Below, in pieces: positions 1 to 13,701 of a stretch of 64,000 nucleotides of DNA. Position 1 is the first letter of the stretch; each line of letters opens with the position of its first letter. Origin of the DNA: Octopus sinensis (Eukaryota); the NCBI RefSeq assembly GCF_006345805.1, contig NC_043014.1, forward strand, positions 14,818,001 through 14,882,000, written 5' to 3'. Made by a program: the position numbers and the translations under genes. The notes under the pieces were generated by a model. The model did no database searches. It saw only the letters and a program-made list of their open reading frames with translations, and had not been told where the DNA came from.

Positions 1-9
1 TGCATTGGC

Positions 10-48
<39 letters not shown>

Positions 49-53
49 ATTGC

Positions 54-242
54 AGGTGGCACGTAAAAAGCACCCACTACACTCACGGAGTGGTTGGCGT
101 TAGAAAGGGCATCCAGCTGTAGAAACATTGCCAGATAAGACTGGAGTCTGGTGCAGCCTTCTGGCTTCCCAGATCCCCGGTCGAACCGTCCAACCCATGC
201 TAGCATGGAGAGCGGACGTTAAACGATGATGATGATGATGAT
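54..242 (+). mobile_element. RTE 3'-UTR-only insertion; other copies at ~7800-8110, 12585-12740 and 16650-17090
   Basis: Same sequence as the 3' UTR of 35238-36710, with a (TGA)n tail. Confidence 0.85.
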
Positions 243-1480
243 ATATATATGCACCCTGGTGTTACCTGGGTGCTGAGACTTACAGCCACATTGTATTATT
301 TGTTTCTTTCTTATGGGCAGAATCACCACACGATGAGTATGAAGCAAACAACTCTTCTTTATAAACATGTTTTTCACTCATTTTCTGAGAAACAACACTG
401 CAGTTTCCACAACCAAACTCAGTCACTATTCTGTGGTTGACCTAGGGTTATAGTAGAAAACATTTGCCCAAGGTACCATGCAGAGGACAGTCATTCTTGC
501 ACCTAATATGTGTGTGTGTGTGTGTTTACATTTCTTGTTAAATTGAGTATTGTGTCTGACAAAGATGCCTCCCTTAACTAAAGACCTCAAGATTGTGCAA
601 CCTGACCTCATTTTCAAGGTTATTTTTGTAGTAAAAAAGAGTTATTGTGCAAAAAACATACTTTATTTGGTAGCCGAAAGATTACTGAATCTTTTGATAC
701 CTCATACATCAAAATCAGCAACTCAGTCTTTGAATCCATAAGGAACATATGCACACACACATACACACACACACAAACTGTTTTATATATTAAATTAAGA
801 TATGTATGTATAAGTATATATACATGTACATATATAATATATATACATATAGATATAAATAATACACATACATAAATATATATATATTTATATGTATGCA
901 TGTATATAGGTATGCATATGTGTGTGTGTGTGTGTGTGTGTGTACGTGTGTGTGCAAGTTATATATATATATATATACAGACCTTCTGCCTAGAGTAGAA
1001 AAGAATATATATATGCTTATATGTATGTGTGTGTATGTGTATATGTGTGTTTGTATGCATATATATATATATAAATGTGAAACTGGCTTTTACATATAGA
1101 TGCACATATACAGACTTATGAATGCATATATATGTGTGTGTGCGTATGTGTAGAGAGCAAGAAAATGAGAAAGATTTAATTATCCACATCTTCATATATA
1201 ACACACAAACACAAGCACAAATGCCATATAAAAACAGACTACAGACAACAACCGAAAGAAAAAAACAGAAAAACCACGACAGCTACAGGATAAATATGAT
1301 TGCAGAAAAGTGAAGAAATTATTGGAGGTTCCGCAGAGATTAAGACAGAAATATCAACCAGCTGATACACATATTTATAGTCACATGTTTGTGTGAGAGA
1401 AACAGGTGATCTGGTAGAGTTTCCTATCTACAGATGATGCTTTGAAGTCTTTACTCAAATTTACTCTGAATGAAACATTA

Positions 1481-2152
1481 CTGGATGGGGTGTGTAGCTC
1501 AGAGATCAGGGTGTCTCTCTAGGCTGTGTCACTTCTCTGCATTGGTACTGGACAGGGTGTGTAGCTCAGAGATCAGGATGTCTCTCTAGGTCGTGTCACG
1601 TCTCTGCATTGGTACTGGACAGGGTGTGTATCTCAGAGATCAGGGTGTCTCTCTAGGTTGTGTCACTTCTCTGCATTGGTACTGGACAGGGTGTGTAGCT
1701 CAGAGATCAGGGTGTCTCTCTAGGTTGTGTCACTTCTCTGCATTGGTACTGGACAGGGTGTGTATCTCAGAGATCAGGGTGTCTCTCTAGGTTGTGTCAC
1801 TTCTCTGCATTGGTACTGGACAGGGTGTGTAGCTCAGAGATCAGGGTGTCTCTCTAGGCTGTGTCACTTCTCTGCAGTGGTACTGGACAGGGTGTGTAGC
1901 TCAGAGATCAGGGTGTCTCTCTAGGCTGTGTCACTTCTCTGCATTGGTACTAGACAGGGTGTGTAGCTCAGAGATCAGGGTGTCTCTCTAGGTTGTGTCA
2001 CTTCTCTGCATTGGTACTGGACAGAGTGTGTAGCTCAGAGATCAGGGTGTCTCTCTAGGCTGTGTCACTTCTCTGCATTGGTACTGGACAGGGTGTGTAG
2101 CTCAGAGATCAGGGTGTCTCTCTAGGTCGTGTCACTTCTCTGCATTGGTACT
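1481..2152. repeat. 67-bp minisatellite, 10 tandem copies
   Basis: Unit CTGGACAGGGTGTGTAGCTCAGAGATCAGGGTGTCTCTCTAGGCTGTGTCACTTCTCTGCATTGGTA. Starts at 1481 and 1548; 10 x 67 = 670 bp. Confidence 0.97.
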
Positions 2153-3886
2153 ATGGTCACTGTTTTGGTACTATGGTCTTTGTGATTAGAATGTTGCTGG
2201 AATGAATCATATGATGGATTCAAGCTGAGCCGAGTGGCAGAGGAGCTCAGAGTAGATCAAGAATGAGATGGTTGGATAATATCCTCAGTATCAAATGGCT
2301 CATCATCATCATCATCATCACCAACATTTAATTTTCATTTTCCGTGCTGGCATGAATTGGATGGCTTAACAGGAACTGGCAAGGCCAGCGACTGCACCTG
2401 GTTCCATAGTCTGTTTTGGCTTGGTTCATACAGCTGGATGCCCTTCCTAATGGCCACCACTTTACAAATGGGCTGGTTGTTTTTTATGTGACATCATCAC
2501 CAGTACTTTTTACATGATACCAACACCAGTGCTTTTTATGAAATGCATGTCTTCAGACAGAATAAAGCTGATGTTACTGAGCCCATTGCATTCTTGTCAT
2601 CATCACCATTTAACATCCATTTTCCATGCTGGCATGGGTTGGATGACTTGACAGGAACTGGCAATGCCAGGAGCCACAACAGGTTCCATAGTCGGTTTTG
2701 GCTTGGTTCCTACAGTTGGTTGCCTTTCCTAATACCAACCACTTTACAAAGTGTACTTGATGCTTTTTACATAGCACCATCACCAACGCTTTTTATTTCG
2801 CACCAATACCTACACCAAAGCTTTTTAGATGACACCTTGGTTTTAGAATCTCAATTCTGTTGTGATGGGTGGGTCTTCTTGAGTACAGCAATGTGCCACA
2901 TACCTTGGTCCTCTGTCATAAGGCTGCTCTTAGGAACCCATCAGGAAGCTGTAACGAAGGCTACGTCTGATAGGACCCTATGAAATGGTACCTGAGGACT
3001 TTTTTTTTCCCATGATCCCCCACCCCACCTCCTGGAATAGTGAGAGGAGAAATGGATGGCTGAAGAACTGCAATTTCAGAAATTCTTTTACCATTCTTTT
3101 GATGACTTAGATATTTGGTAATGTTGCAGTGAGGAATTGAGTAATAAGCAAATTTGTTTAGAATAAAGGCTTGTTTTCAAAATACCAGTCCCAGGGACCA
3201 CAAAATAATACTACCTAGATGTAACAGTAAGGAAAGATTCAGTGCATTGACTCAACTTGTTAGAAATAGCAGTCCAGCCTGCCTCAAATCACACACTGCT
3301 GTTTTGAAAATAAAGACAGAATATATTATCTTCTATTTTTTAAAACTTGTTTTAGTCATTGGATTGTGGCCATACTGGGGCACTACCTTGATGGGTTTAA
3401 GCCAAACAATTCAATTGCAGTACTAATGGGGTTTTTTGTACTTTTTTAAAGTCTGGTACTTATTCTGTTGGTTGCTTTTGCTGAACCACTAAGTTATAGG
3501 GATGTAAGCAAAGTAACACCAATTGTCAAGTGAACAGGGAGAAACACAAACACAAATACACACACACAATGAGCTTCCACACAGTTTCCATTTACCAAAT
3601 TCAATCACAAGGCATTGGTTGACATTCTTGGGTAAGTTGACTTCTACTATAGCCCCAAAGCCTTGATGCGAATTTTAGTTGATGGAAACTGAAAGAAACC
3701 ACTGTGCATGTGTATATTCATATATATGTATGTGTGTGTGTATATACATACATATACATATGTATATGTACATACATACATACATACATACATACTCATG
3801 TCACTCCCTAACTGTGGAAGGAACCTGAGGTACCTGTGGAAGAGGTAGACCCAGGAAGACATGGAATGAGGTGGTGAAGCATGACC

Positions 3887-4087
3887 TTCATTCCTGAGGT
3901 ATTTTTCAATGTTATTATTATTATTATTATTCAGGTCACTGCCTGGAATCGAACTCGGAATCTTTGGGTTAGTAGCCCATGGGCATATGGCGAAGTGGTT
4001 AAGAGCATGGGCTACTATTCCCAAGATTCCGAGTTCGATTCCAGGCAGTGACCTGAATAATGATGATGATATAATTATAATAATAAT

Positions 4088-4128
<41 letters not shown>

Positions 4129-4371
4129 TAATAATAATGATAATCATCATCATCATCATCATCATCATTTAAGCGTCTGTTTTCCATGCTAGCATGGTTG
4201 GACGGTTCTACTGGGGTCGTGAAGCCAGAAGGCTTCATCAGGCCCAGTCAAATCTGGCAGTGTTTCTACGGCTGGATGCCCTTCCTAACGCCAACCACTC
4301 CGTGAGTGTAGTGGTGCTTTTAACGTGCCACCCGCACTGGTGCCAGACAGAGCTGGCAATAATAATAATAT

Positions 4372-4405
<34 letters not shown>

Positions 4406-4691
4406 TTATATAATAATATAATAATAATAATAATAATAATAATGATAATAATAATGATAATCATCATCATCATCATCATCATCATTTAGCGTCTGTTTTC
4501 CATGCTAGCATGGGTTGGACGGTTCTACTGGGGTCTGTGAAGCCAGAAGGCTTCATCAGGCCCAGTCAAATCTGGCAGTGTTTCTACGGCTGGATGCCCT
4601 TCCTAACGCCAACCACTCCGTGAGTGTAGTGGGTGCTTTTAACGTGCCACCCGCACGGTGCCAGACAGAGCTGGCAAATAATAATAATAAT

Positions 4692-4735
<44 letters not shown>

Positions 4736-4895
4736 TAATAATAACAACAACATTGAAAAATACCTTAGGAATGAGAACCCAGGTTCGAAATTTCCCCAAG
4801 ACACCTGATGAAGTCAGGAGGATATATCAGCTGAAACATCGTGTTAACAACAAACAAGATGAGGACAAACATCCAAAAATGTAAATAATGTAAAT
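3887..4895 (+). mobile_element. Family E terminal repeat with an inverted partial copy at its 5' end and two RTE 3'-UTR copies inside the (AAT)n
   Basis: tRNA-like cassette 3982-4057 (A box 3988-3998, B box 4033-4042). Inverted arm 3887-3981. Tail 4750-4895 with a decayed HHR at 4800-4845. Confidence 0.8.
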
Positions 4896-6095
4896 AATTG
4901 ATAGCACTGTATATAACGTTGGTCTATATATAATAGTAGTATAATAATAGAGGTGTATATATCCACTTTAGAATGGGAAGAAGACCTGACATTTTTGGGA
5001 AAGGCCAAGTCGGTTATTTTGACCCCAGTGCTTAAATGGTAATTATTGTAGCATCCCTGAAAGGGTGAAAGGCAGTGTTGACCTCAGCAGAATTTGAACT
5101 CACAATGTAGAGATTGATGAAATGCCTCTAAGCATTTCGTCTGGTATGCCTATGATTCTGCCTGTTCATCACCTTCATAGTGGTGTCTATAATGCTGGTG
5201 TATATATCTTTTATCGTTTACTTGTTTCAGTCATTTGACTGCAGCCATGCTGGGGCACCACCCTGAAGAGTTTTAATTGAACAAATTGACCTTAGGACTT
5301 CTTTTGTTTTTTTAACGCCTAGTACTTCTTCTATCAGTCTCTTTTGCTGAACTGCTAGGTTACTAGAATGTAAACACACAAACACTGGCTGTCAAGCAGT
5401 GGTGGGGACAAACATGGACACAAAGACACACACACACATATATACGACATGCTTCTTTCAGTTTCCGTCTACCAAATCTACTCACAATTCTCTGGTTGGG
5501 TCTGAGGCTGTAGTAGAAGACACTTGCTCAAGAGGCCATGCAGTGGGACTGAACCTGGAGCCATGTGATTGGGAAGCAAGCCACTTACCACAGAGCCACG
5601 CTTGCACCTACTTATACAAAGTTAGTGTATTTTTCATTTTGACTGGGGCCATGCTGGAGCACCGCCTTTAATCGAGCAACTCGACCCCAGGACTTATTCT
5701 TTGTAAGCCCAGTACTTATTCTATCGGTCTCTTTTGCTGAACCGCTAAGTGACGGGGATATAAACACACCAGCATCGGTTGTCAAGCAATGCTAGGGGAA
5801 CAAACACAGACACACAAACATACACGTACACATATATATATATATATACGACGGGCTTCTTTCAGTTTCCGTCTACCAAATCCACTCACAAGGCTTTGGT
5901 CGGCCCGAGGCTATAGTAGAAGACACTTGCCCAAGATGCCATGCAGTGGGACTGAACCCGGAACCATGAGGTTGGTTAGCAAGCTACTTACCACACAGCC
6001 ACTCCTGCGCCTATGCTATATAAATATGCTATATAAATATATGCTGCATATAAATGAAAGTTGCTTTTGTCGTTAGTTCATTATTAATTACAAAC

Positions 6096-6328
6096 CTCAT
6101 TTATTCTTTCAGCAAGTTGTGAAAGGTCAGCCGGAACAAATTTGCTGCCAGACCATGGATGTTGAACATATCGTTTCCACAAGTGGACAGTGAAAGATTC
6201 ACAGATGTTAATCCAAGACTCGCAGATGTTAATGCCAGACTGAAGAATTTGACACACTTTCGAGTAACAGCCGTACCAAATGTCTTCATCTGCAAGTCTC
6301 TTCTTCACGTAGCGAGCAATGGAAGATG
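6096..6328 (-). CDS. DYNC2H1: DYNC2H1 coding exon 4 (233 nt; SSIARYVKKRL...LWKRYVQHPWSGSKFVP...LAERINE)
   Basis: Matches GI.ICEQW...VWQRYVPHPW...KLGKRLEE. Pyrimidine tract plus CAG acceptor at 6329, donor GAG|GTTTGT at 6095 (phase 0). No later exon was recognised in 1-6095. Confidence 0.95.
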
Positions 6329-9280
6329 CTGGAATCGGGAAAGAGAAAAAGAAACAAAACCATTAATCATGGAAATTAATAAAGATATCCGTTACTCTGA
6401 ATAAATGATTAAACCTTCCCTTCATCCACTTATATATAATTAATGGATAGACAAGTCAACAAGGAAAGATATCTATGTAATTAACCCTTAAGCAATCAAA
6501 TTATTCAATCAAACATGATGCTTATGTATTTGCGTTATTTTGTATTAATTATGCATCGTCTTGTAGCTTTGAGATTTCAATGGTATGACTGTATATGTTT
6601 AGAATGACATTGTAGGGTAGACGTGAGAGGATGGATCTGGTCAGTTTGAATATAAAACAAGTAGAATGTTTGGGCTTGATGTGACTGGTTTGAATGTAAA
6701 CAGGTTGCTGGAAATAGCAGCCAAATTTTCTACCAATCGCGTTCTGCAGGTTTTAAAGAAAATAAGTAATGAGGTGCCACGCAAAAAGCATCCAGTCCAC
6801 AGTGTGAAGTGGTTGGCATTTGGAAGGGCATCTAGCTGTAAAAACCATGTCAAAACTGACCTCACCTGTGCTGGTGCCATGTAAAAAGCACTCCGCTCAC
6901 TCTGTGGGGTGGTTGGTGTTTGGAAGGGCATCCAACTGTAAAAGCCATGCCAAAACTGACACAGTAGCCTGGTGCAGTCTTCTGCCTGGCTGGCTCCTGT
7001 TAAACTGTCCAACCCAAGCTAGCATGGAAGGCAGATGTTAAACAATGATGACGATGATGATGACGACGATGAGTCACCAAATCCTTTCACAAAGCTTTGG
7101 TTGACTCAGAACTATAGCAGAAGACACATATTGAAATACAGGCCTTCCCAAAACAACACAGCAACTCTACCTAACAAGCCTACTTATCTTGGGGTAAGTA
7201 GATCTTACATCCACCAAGAATGGGTGCAAAGGCTAACGGATCAGAAATTCTGGTCTTGCTTATGGCCACCACATCTATATCTAGTAACCTGAAGTCAGTG
7301 AGTAAGTGACCCTACTTCCAAGGCAACTCAAACCCATGTGTATTTACACTACATATTCCGACAAAGGTCATATTTGACAGAAGGCAGAAAGTGAGAAAGT
7401 TGCCACAGTGTGGGACTGAACCTGGAACCACATGGTCAGTAAGCAACCTTTTTACCAACATCCATGCCAGCACCTCCACAGAGCCAGGTCTGTCGAGGAT
7501 CAACTGTGACTGTTGAAGTTTGAAGTAAATTTCAAAGATTATCACAAGAAGAAAGTGTGTCATGAGTATGAAGCCAATGGCTAATGAAATAAATCAACTT
7601 AGGCTGACTCACGTCGCATGTTTATTGGTAGAATATAAAGAAGCAGATGACTCATAATAAATAGTGATTTCCGTGAATTGTTTGCTGGACTGATTTAGTC
7701 ATTTCTGGTCAGAGTTATGGTGAATGAAATAGAATCACTATCATTAGCATCACCATCATAACTGTTTTTATTGTCCACTCTTCCAGGCTTGCACATCATC
7801 ATCATCATCGTTTAATGTCCGCCTTCCATGCTAGCATGGGTTGGACGGTTTGACTGTGGGCAGGCGAACTAGATGGCTGCACCAGGCTCCAATCTTGATT
7901 TGGCAGAGTTTCTACAGCTGGATGCCCTTCCTAACGCCAACCACTCCAAGAGTGTAGTGGGTGCTTTTTACATGCCACTGGCACGGAGGCCAGTCAGGCG
8001 GTACTGGCAACGACCTCACTCGAATCTTTTTACACATGCCACCAGCACAGGTGCCAGTAAGGTGACACTGGTAACGATCACGCTCGAATGGTGCCTTTTA
8101 AGTTCCACTGGCACAGAAGCTGGTTAGCCACTCTGTCAATGCGAATTTGTTGAGGCTGATTTTCTAAGGCTGGATGCTCATCCTGTCACCAACCCTTACC
8201 TGTTTTCCAAATGAAGTAATATTTGACTTGTGGCCAGACATGTTTTCACAGAAGATTGGAAACGAAGGACACTGCTTGATTGATGATCACACTCGTTTAC
8301 AGCTACCACGAGATGCCAAGGCAAGGAGACAGTAACATGCACACACACACATACACACACATATGCAAGTGCATACACACACACAAACACACTCACTTCT
8401 ACACACAACAGGCTTCTTTCACTTTCTGTCAATCAAATCTATTCACTCACAAGGCTTCCTACCACCACAACCACATCTGTGTTGTGTGTATGTGTGTGTG
8501 TGTTTGTATACATACAAATGTACATGCATACATACATACACATATAATACATATATAAGCATATTTATATACATACACATATGTACATACACACACACAC
8601 ACACACACATATATGATGGATGATTAATGACAGATGAGGGTTCAGTAAAATAAAGCATTAATCATGTTCTATGGACCCAAATGTGTCTCTTGAGGCTTGC
8701 TGGTGCCTTGCAAACCTTTCAGAACAAGTTGAGGACTCAGTTTCTTGAGTGGATGGCAAGGCTGGCTTTGCTTTGTGCCACAAAACCACAATGACAGGTA
8801 AGTGTCTTGCCAGTGTGCCTTCATGCTTGCATGAAGTTGGTCCTGGCTTTAAGGGTATCACAAAAGGCCCGGTTGAAGGCCCAACCTTCTGAGTTCTTTT
8901 ATAGGGCTTAGAAAAACTGAAGGACCACTGCCACAAGTGCATGAATCTGAGAGGGGGATATGTTGAACAAAATCAAAATTAACTGATCCTCCTGTATTTT
9001 CTTTTTATCCAAAGCCAGGAACTTCCCAGAACTCCCTCATACACACACAGAATGGGTTTCTTACAGTTTCCATCTACCAAACTCACTCCTCACAAAGCAT
9101 TGATCAGCCGGGAGTTATTGAAGACACTTGCCTAAGATGCAAATGCAGTGGGACTGAACCAGGAACCATGTGGTTGGGAAGCAAGCTTCTTACCACACGG
9201 CCCCGTTGAAACAAAACAGAACAAAAACACAAACAAAAAAGAAGAAAAGAAAGAGAAAACAACTGTAAGGCTAAACTAAC

Positions 9281-9550
9281 CAATAACTTCCATTAAATGT
9301 CTCATTCGTTTTTCTGGATACACAGGTTCAAATTCAGTCTGCTTCCAAACATCATCCAGAATATCTTGAGTTGCTTCAATCAGCTCCAGAACATTTTGCA
9401 TTTCCAGGCAGTCTAAACCGTTACCATAATCTTTGCTGATAGGTTGGAATAGCTCTTGGAAGTATTTAGCTCTCTTGCAATCTTCAGGTGAGTGACTTGA
9501 AACACTAACATCATTCCAAAATTGAAATTCGTCTTCAGGTGTGATGATTC
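9281..9550 (-). CDS. DYNC2H1: DYNC2H1 coding exon 3 (270 nt; IITPEDEFQFW...DDVWKQTE...YPEKRMRHLMEVI)
   Basis: Matches GILTPSDEFQFW...DDVWRQTE...YPESRMLHLLDIIG. Acceptor tttgtcag at 9551, donor G|GTTAGT at 9280. Phase 1 to phase 1. Confidence 0.96.
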
Positions 9551-9885
9551 CTGACAAAATGGTAAAGCAGAAGAGAAAAGTCTAGATTAGCTGACATATT
9601 CTTTTATTTTATATTATTTATCTTATTATTATTTGAAGGTAGCAAGCTGGCAGAATCAGCATATGGAACAAAATGATTTGTGGCCTTTTGTCTGTCTTAC
9701 ATTTTGAGTTCAAATTCCACCGAGATCAGCTTTGCCTTTTATCCTTTCAGAGTTGATGAAATAAGTACCAGTTGAATGCTGGGGTCAATGTAATCGACTA
9801 ACCCCTCCCCCATAATTTCAGGCCTTGTGTCTGTAGTAAAAAAGATTATTATGATATTATTTTATTTTTATTTTTTTTCCCCAGC

Positions 9886-9990
9886 CCCATGGGAAGAAGA
9901 GTGCAATCAAGACTTTGAAGAAAAGCATGCTGAGTACCAGAACCTTCTGAAGGATTGTAGGGAGAAGGGATGGCAGTCATGGTTAATCTG
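9886..9990 (+). mobile_element. HERO/NeSL-like restriction-like endonuclease fragment
   Basis: PWEEECNQDFEEKHAEYQNLLKDCREKGW fits the VPWEE...RK..KY..L...C...GW motif. Confidence 0.6.
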
Positions 9991-10229
9991 ATCTACAGAA
10001 TAATCTGTTTAGATATAATCTGGATGATCCAATGCAGTTTGTCTACATCCACATTGGTTCATTCAAGAAATCCAATTGGTATCTTTCAGATAATTGAAAG
10101 CATCTAAGCAGATTTGTGAGGATTTTTCACTGCCCCTCTTCTACCAGCTAACCCTACTCAGTCTAAGTATTTATTACTATTCCAATCTCCCACAAGCACC
10201 AAGAAGTAGGATGTTCTCAAGAAACATTC

Positions 10230-10690
10230 AGATGTCCAAAGAAACTGATTATTCAGCCCAATTACTAGTCTGAAGGTGTGGAATTTGCTGCTGGATGTGT
10301 CCAGTACTGCCAGCTTACCTTCTAAAGAAACTGATTATTCAGCCCAATTACTAGTCTGAAGGTGTGGATTTTGCTGCTGGATGTGTCCAGTACTGCCAGC
10401 TTACCTTTTTGGTCCCCAAAAAATGGTCCATATCTTGAAATACAGGCCTTCCCAAAACAACACAGCAACTCTACCTACCAATCCTACTCATCCTGGGGTA
10501 AGTAGATCTTACATCCACCAACAATGGGCGCAAAGGCTAACGAATCAGAAATTCTGGTCTTGCTCATGGCCACCACATCTATATCTAGTAACCTGGGGTC
10601 AGTGAGTAAGTGGCCCTGCTTCCAAGGCAACTCAAACCCATGTGAATTTACACTACATATTTTGACTAAGGTCGTATTTGACAGAAGGCA
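10230..10690 (-). mobile_element. Decayed Tx1-type endonuclease fragment with an internal ~86-bp tandem duplication (10238-10405)
   Basis: Reverse complement aligns by eye to 44099-44420. A second copy is at 7120-7390. Confidence 0.65.
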
Positions 10691-10968
10691 GAAAGTGAAA
10701 AAGTCTCAATTATATTAATTTTTTGCCTAATTTGGTGTGTGTGTGTGTGGTGGTGGTGGGGCTGATGTTCTGTCTGTCTGTCTGGTTAAATGTAGGCGTT
10801 CCCAGAAATAATTTTCTGCTAATAATCCCCTGAAGTCTCCTATATTGTTGGGGGTAATTGCTTTACAAGACACCGTATGTGTTTTGACTTGCTTCGACAA
10901 TTTTTATGTGTGTCAATATTGATGTTATTGATACATGATGAAATCGTTTTGCATTGATGTAATTCAGT

Positions 10969-11310
10969 ATGATGATGATGGTGGTGGTAATAGTGATGGT
11001 AGTGATGATGATGGTAGTGATGATGGTGATACTGGTGATGGTGATGATAATGGTAGTGATGGTGATGGTAGTGATGATGATGGTGATGGTAATGATGGTG
11101 ATGGTTATGATGGTGATGGTAGTGATGGCGATGATAGTGATGATGATGAAGGTGGTAATGGTGATGGTAGTGATGATGGTGATGGTGAGGATAATGGTAG
11201 TGATGGTGATGGTAGTGATGATGGTGATAGTGGTGATGGTGATGGTGATGGTAGTGATGATGGTGATAGTGATGGTAGTGATGGTGATGGTAGTGATGAT
11301 GATGATGTTA
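10969..11310. repeat. Compound (GAT/GGT)n microsatellite
   Basis: About 340 bp of GAT/GGT/AGT triplets; source of several spurious ORFs. Confidence 0.97.
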
Positions 11311-11810
11311 TTGTTGGTGATGCCGTTTGTGTGTCGTTGTTGGGATGTGGTTCTTCCATCCATTTGAACCTCCCAGTTTCATTGGTTGCTGCATACCCCC
11401 ACCACCACCATTTCCTTTCTTCTTGTTTATTGCTTTTTGCCATTTGGCATGAGGATCAATTCGTGACTCATTAGTGTCACTGCAATTTTAGTTATCGTTA
11501 TACTTAATCAGAGCCGACCTGGGGTGAAATAAAGCAACACCATATGAGGAAGCATGTACGCAGTTGCTTAAGCTCCTAGAAAAAACAGTTGAGTCCCCCA
11601 TAAATCACACACCTTCCTACCTTTACATAAATGACACATTAGATAATGTATTCTAAAGTATGCAATGCCTGAAAAAAAAGATAAGACCCTCATTAATGAA
11701 ACAATTTCTGCTGAAAGATCTGTATGTCTGTTTGTCTGTCTGTCAGGGCTGATCTACAACTGAGCAGCAGTGGCAGCAGCAGCAGCAGCAGCAGCAGCAC
11801 CACCACCACC

Positions 11811-11842
<32 letters not shown>

Positions 11843-12945
11843 CAACAACAGCAGCAGCAGCAGCAGCACCACTACCATTAATCCTATTATTGTCATCATC
11901 AGCATAGCAGTCAGGTATCCTGGAGTGGTTGGCATTAGGAAGGACATCCAGCCATAGAAACCAGGCCAGAACAGACAATAGAGCCTGGTGCAGTCCCCTG
12001 GTCTTATCAGCTCTGGTCACATCGTCCAACCCATGCCAGCATCAAAAATGGACATTAAATGATGATGGTGATGGTGGTGGTGGTTGTAGCGGTGGTGGTG
12101 GTGGTGATGATGATGGTGGTTGTGGTGGTGGTGGTGGTGGTGGTAATGATGATTTGCAAAGACACAAAAGTCACAGCTGGAATAGGCGTTTGACCAGCTT
12201 GATCAAGTGTGACCTGGGGTTAAACAACACCTATAACACCAACATTAACTATACTATATGTAGACCTCTGTATGGTTGCTTGCTCTGCCAGAAATAACAG
12301 TCAAATTACCTACAAATCATAACTAGGAAAGAATACATTGAGTAATGTAAACTGAGATACACAATATCTTTTATCTTTTACTTGTTCCAGTCACTGGACT
12401 GTGGCCATGCTGGGGTACCACCTTGAAGTGTTTTCAACTGAACAAATTAACTCCTTGTAATTAGTCTATCAATCGCTTTTGCTGAGCTGCTAAGTTATGA
12501 GGGACATAACCAAACCAACACTGGTTGTCAAGCATTCGAGGAACAAACAGAAATGCATACAGATACATACATACATAAAAAGCACCCACTACACTCTCGG
12601 AGTGGTTGGCATTAGGAAGAGCATCCAGCTGTAGAAACTTTGCCAGATGAGATTGAGCCTGCTGCAGCCTTTGGCTCACCAGTCCTCAGTCAAACCATCC
12701 AAGCCATGCCAGCATGGAAAGCGGATGTTAAACAAATGATGGATGGGGACAGTACCAATCTATAACTGGAGGGAATCTGTAGAAGTAGATCCAGGAAGAT
12801 GCAAGATGAAGTGGTGAGAAAGATCCTCAGATGCTGGGCCTCACTGAAGAAATGACCAGGGTAAGGAATTGTGGTAATTTGCTGGACTTGAGAAGATGCA
12901 TTGAACTATGTAAAATCACAATCTTCTATACATACAGGTATGCAT

Positions 12946-13340
12946 AGGCACAGGAGTGGCTGTGTGGTAAATAGCTTGCTTACCAACAACATGGTTCCGG
13001 GTTCAGTCCCACAGCGTGGCACCTTGGGCAATGTCTTCTACTATAGCCTCGGGCCGACCAAAGCCTTGTGAGCGGATTTGGTAGACAGAAACTGAAAGAA
13101 GCCCGTCGTATATATGTGTGTGTGTTTATGTTTGTGTGTCTGTGTTTGTCCCCACAACGTTGCTTGATAACTGATGCTGCTGTGTCTACGTCCCCCACCA
13201 CTTAGTTGTTCAGCAAGAGAGACCGATAGAATAAGTACTAGGTTTACAAAGAATAAGTCATGGGGTCAATTTGCTCGACTAAAGGTAGTGCTCCAGCATG
13301 GCCACAGTCAAATGACTGAAACAAGTAAAAGAATAAAAAA
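12946..13340 (+). mobile_element. Bipartite tRNA-derived SINE, dominant intronic family; minus-strand copies at ~5635-6012, 21985-22345, 29585-30008, 31715-32128 and 34345-34728
   Basis: tRNA-like head (GTGGCTGTGTGGT...GGTTCAGTCCC), conserved body, internal (TA/TG)n and an A-rich AAAAGAAT tail. Confidence 0.88.
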
Positions 13341-13606
13341 AGAAAATGCCCTTTGCAGGTGCTGGTCCATGTAAAATGCACTCATGCTGGTGCAATGTGA
13401 AACACACACCTGTGCCGGTGGCACGTAAAGAGCACCCAACACATTTTGTAAAGAGGTTGGCATTAGGAAGGGCATCCAGCTGCAGAAACTGTGCCGAAAC
13501 AGGCAACTGGAATCTGGACAACTCCTCTCAAACTATCCAACCCATGCCAGCATGGAAAGCATACATTAAATGAATGATTATGATGACATATATATATATT
13601 ATATAT

Positions 13607-13639
<33 letters not shown>

Positions 13640-13650
13640 GTATATGTATG

Positions 13651-13701
<51 letters not shown>

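Noticed and set aside
3982-4057. tRNA genes (here and at other SINE heads)
   Set aside because: A and B boxes are present but there is no complete cloverleaf or acceptor stem, and each continues into a repeat body.
1-6095. Fifth DYNC2H1 coding exon
   Set aside because: No minus-strand frame resembling the expected next segment (..IRT.HE.L...NP..YNPYT.P.W) was found, including at the GTAAGT donor near 273. It probably lies beyond the window.
10863-11474. Asp/Gly-, Thr/Ile- and Met/Val-rich ORFs
   Set aside because: These are translations of one GAT/GGT microsatellite in several frames on both strands.
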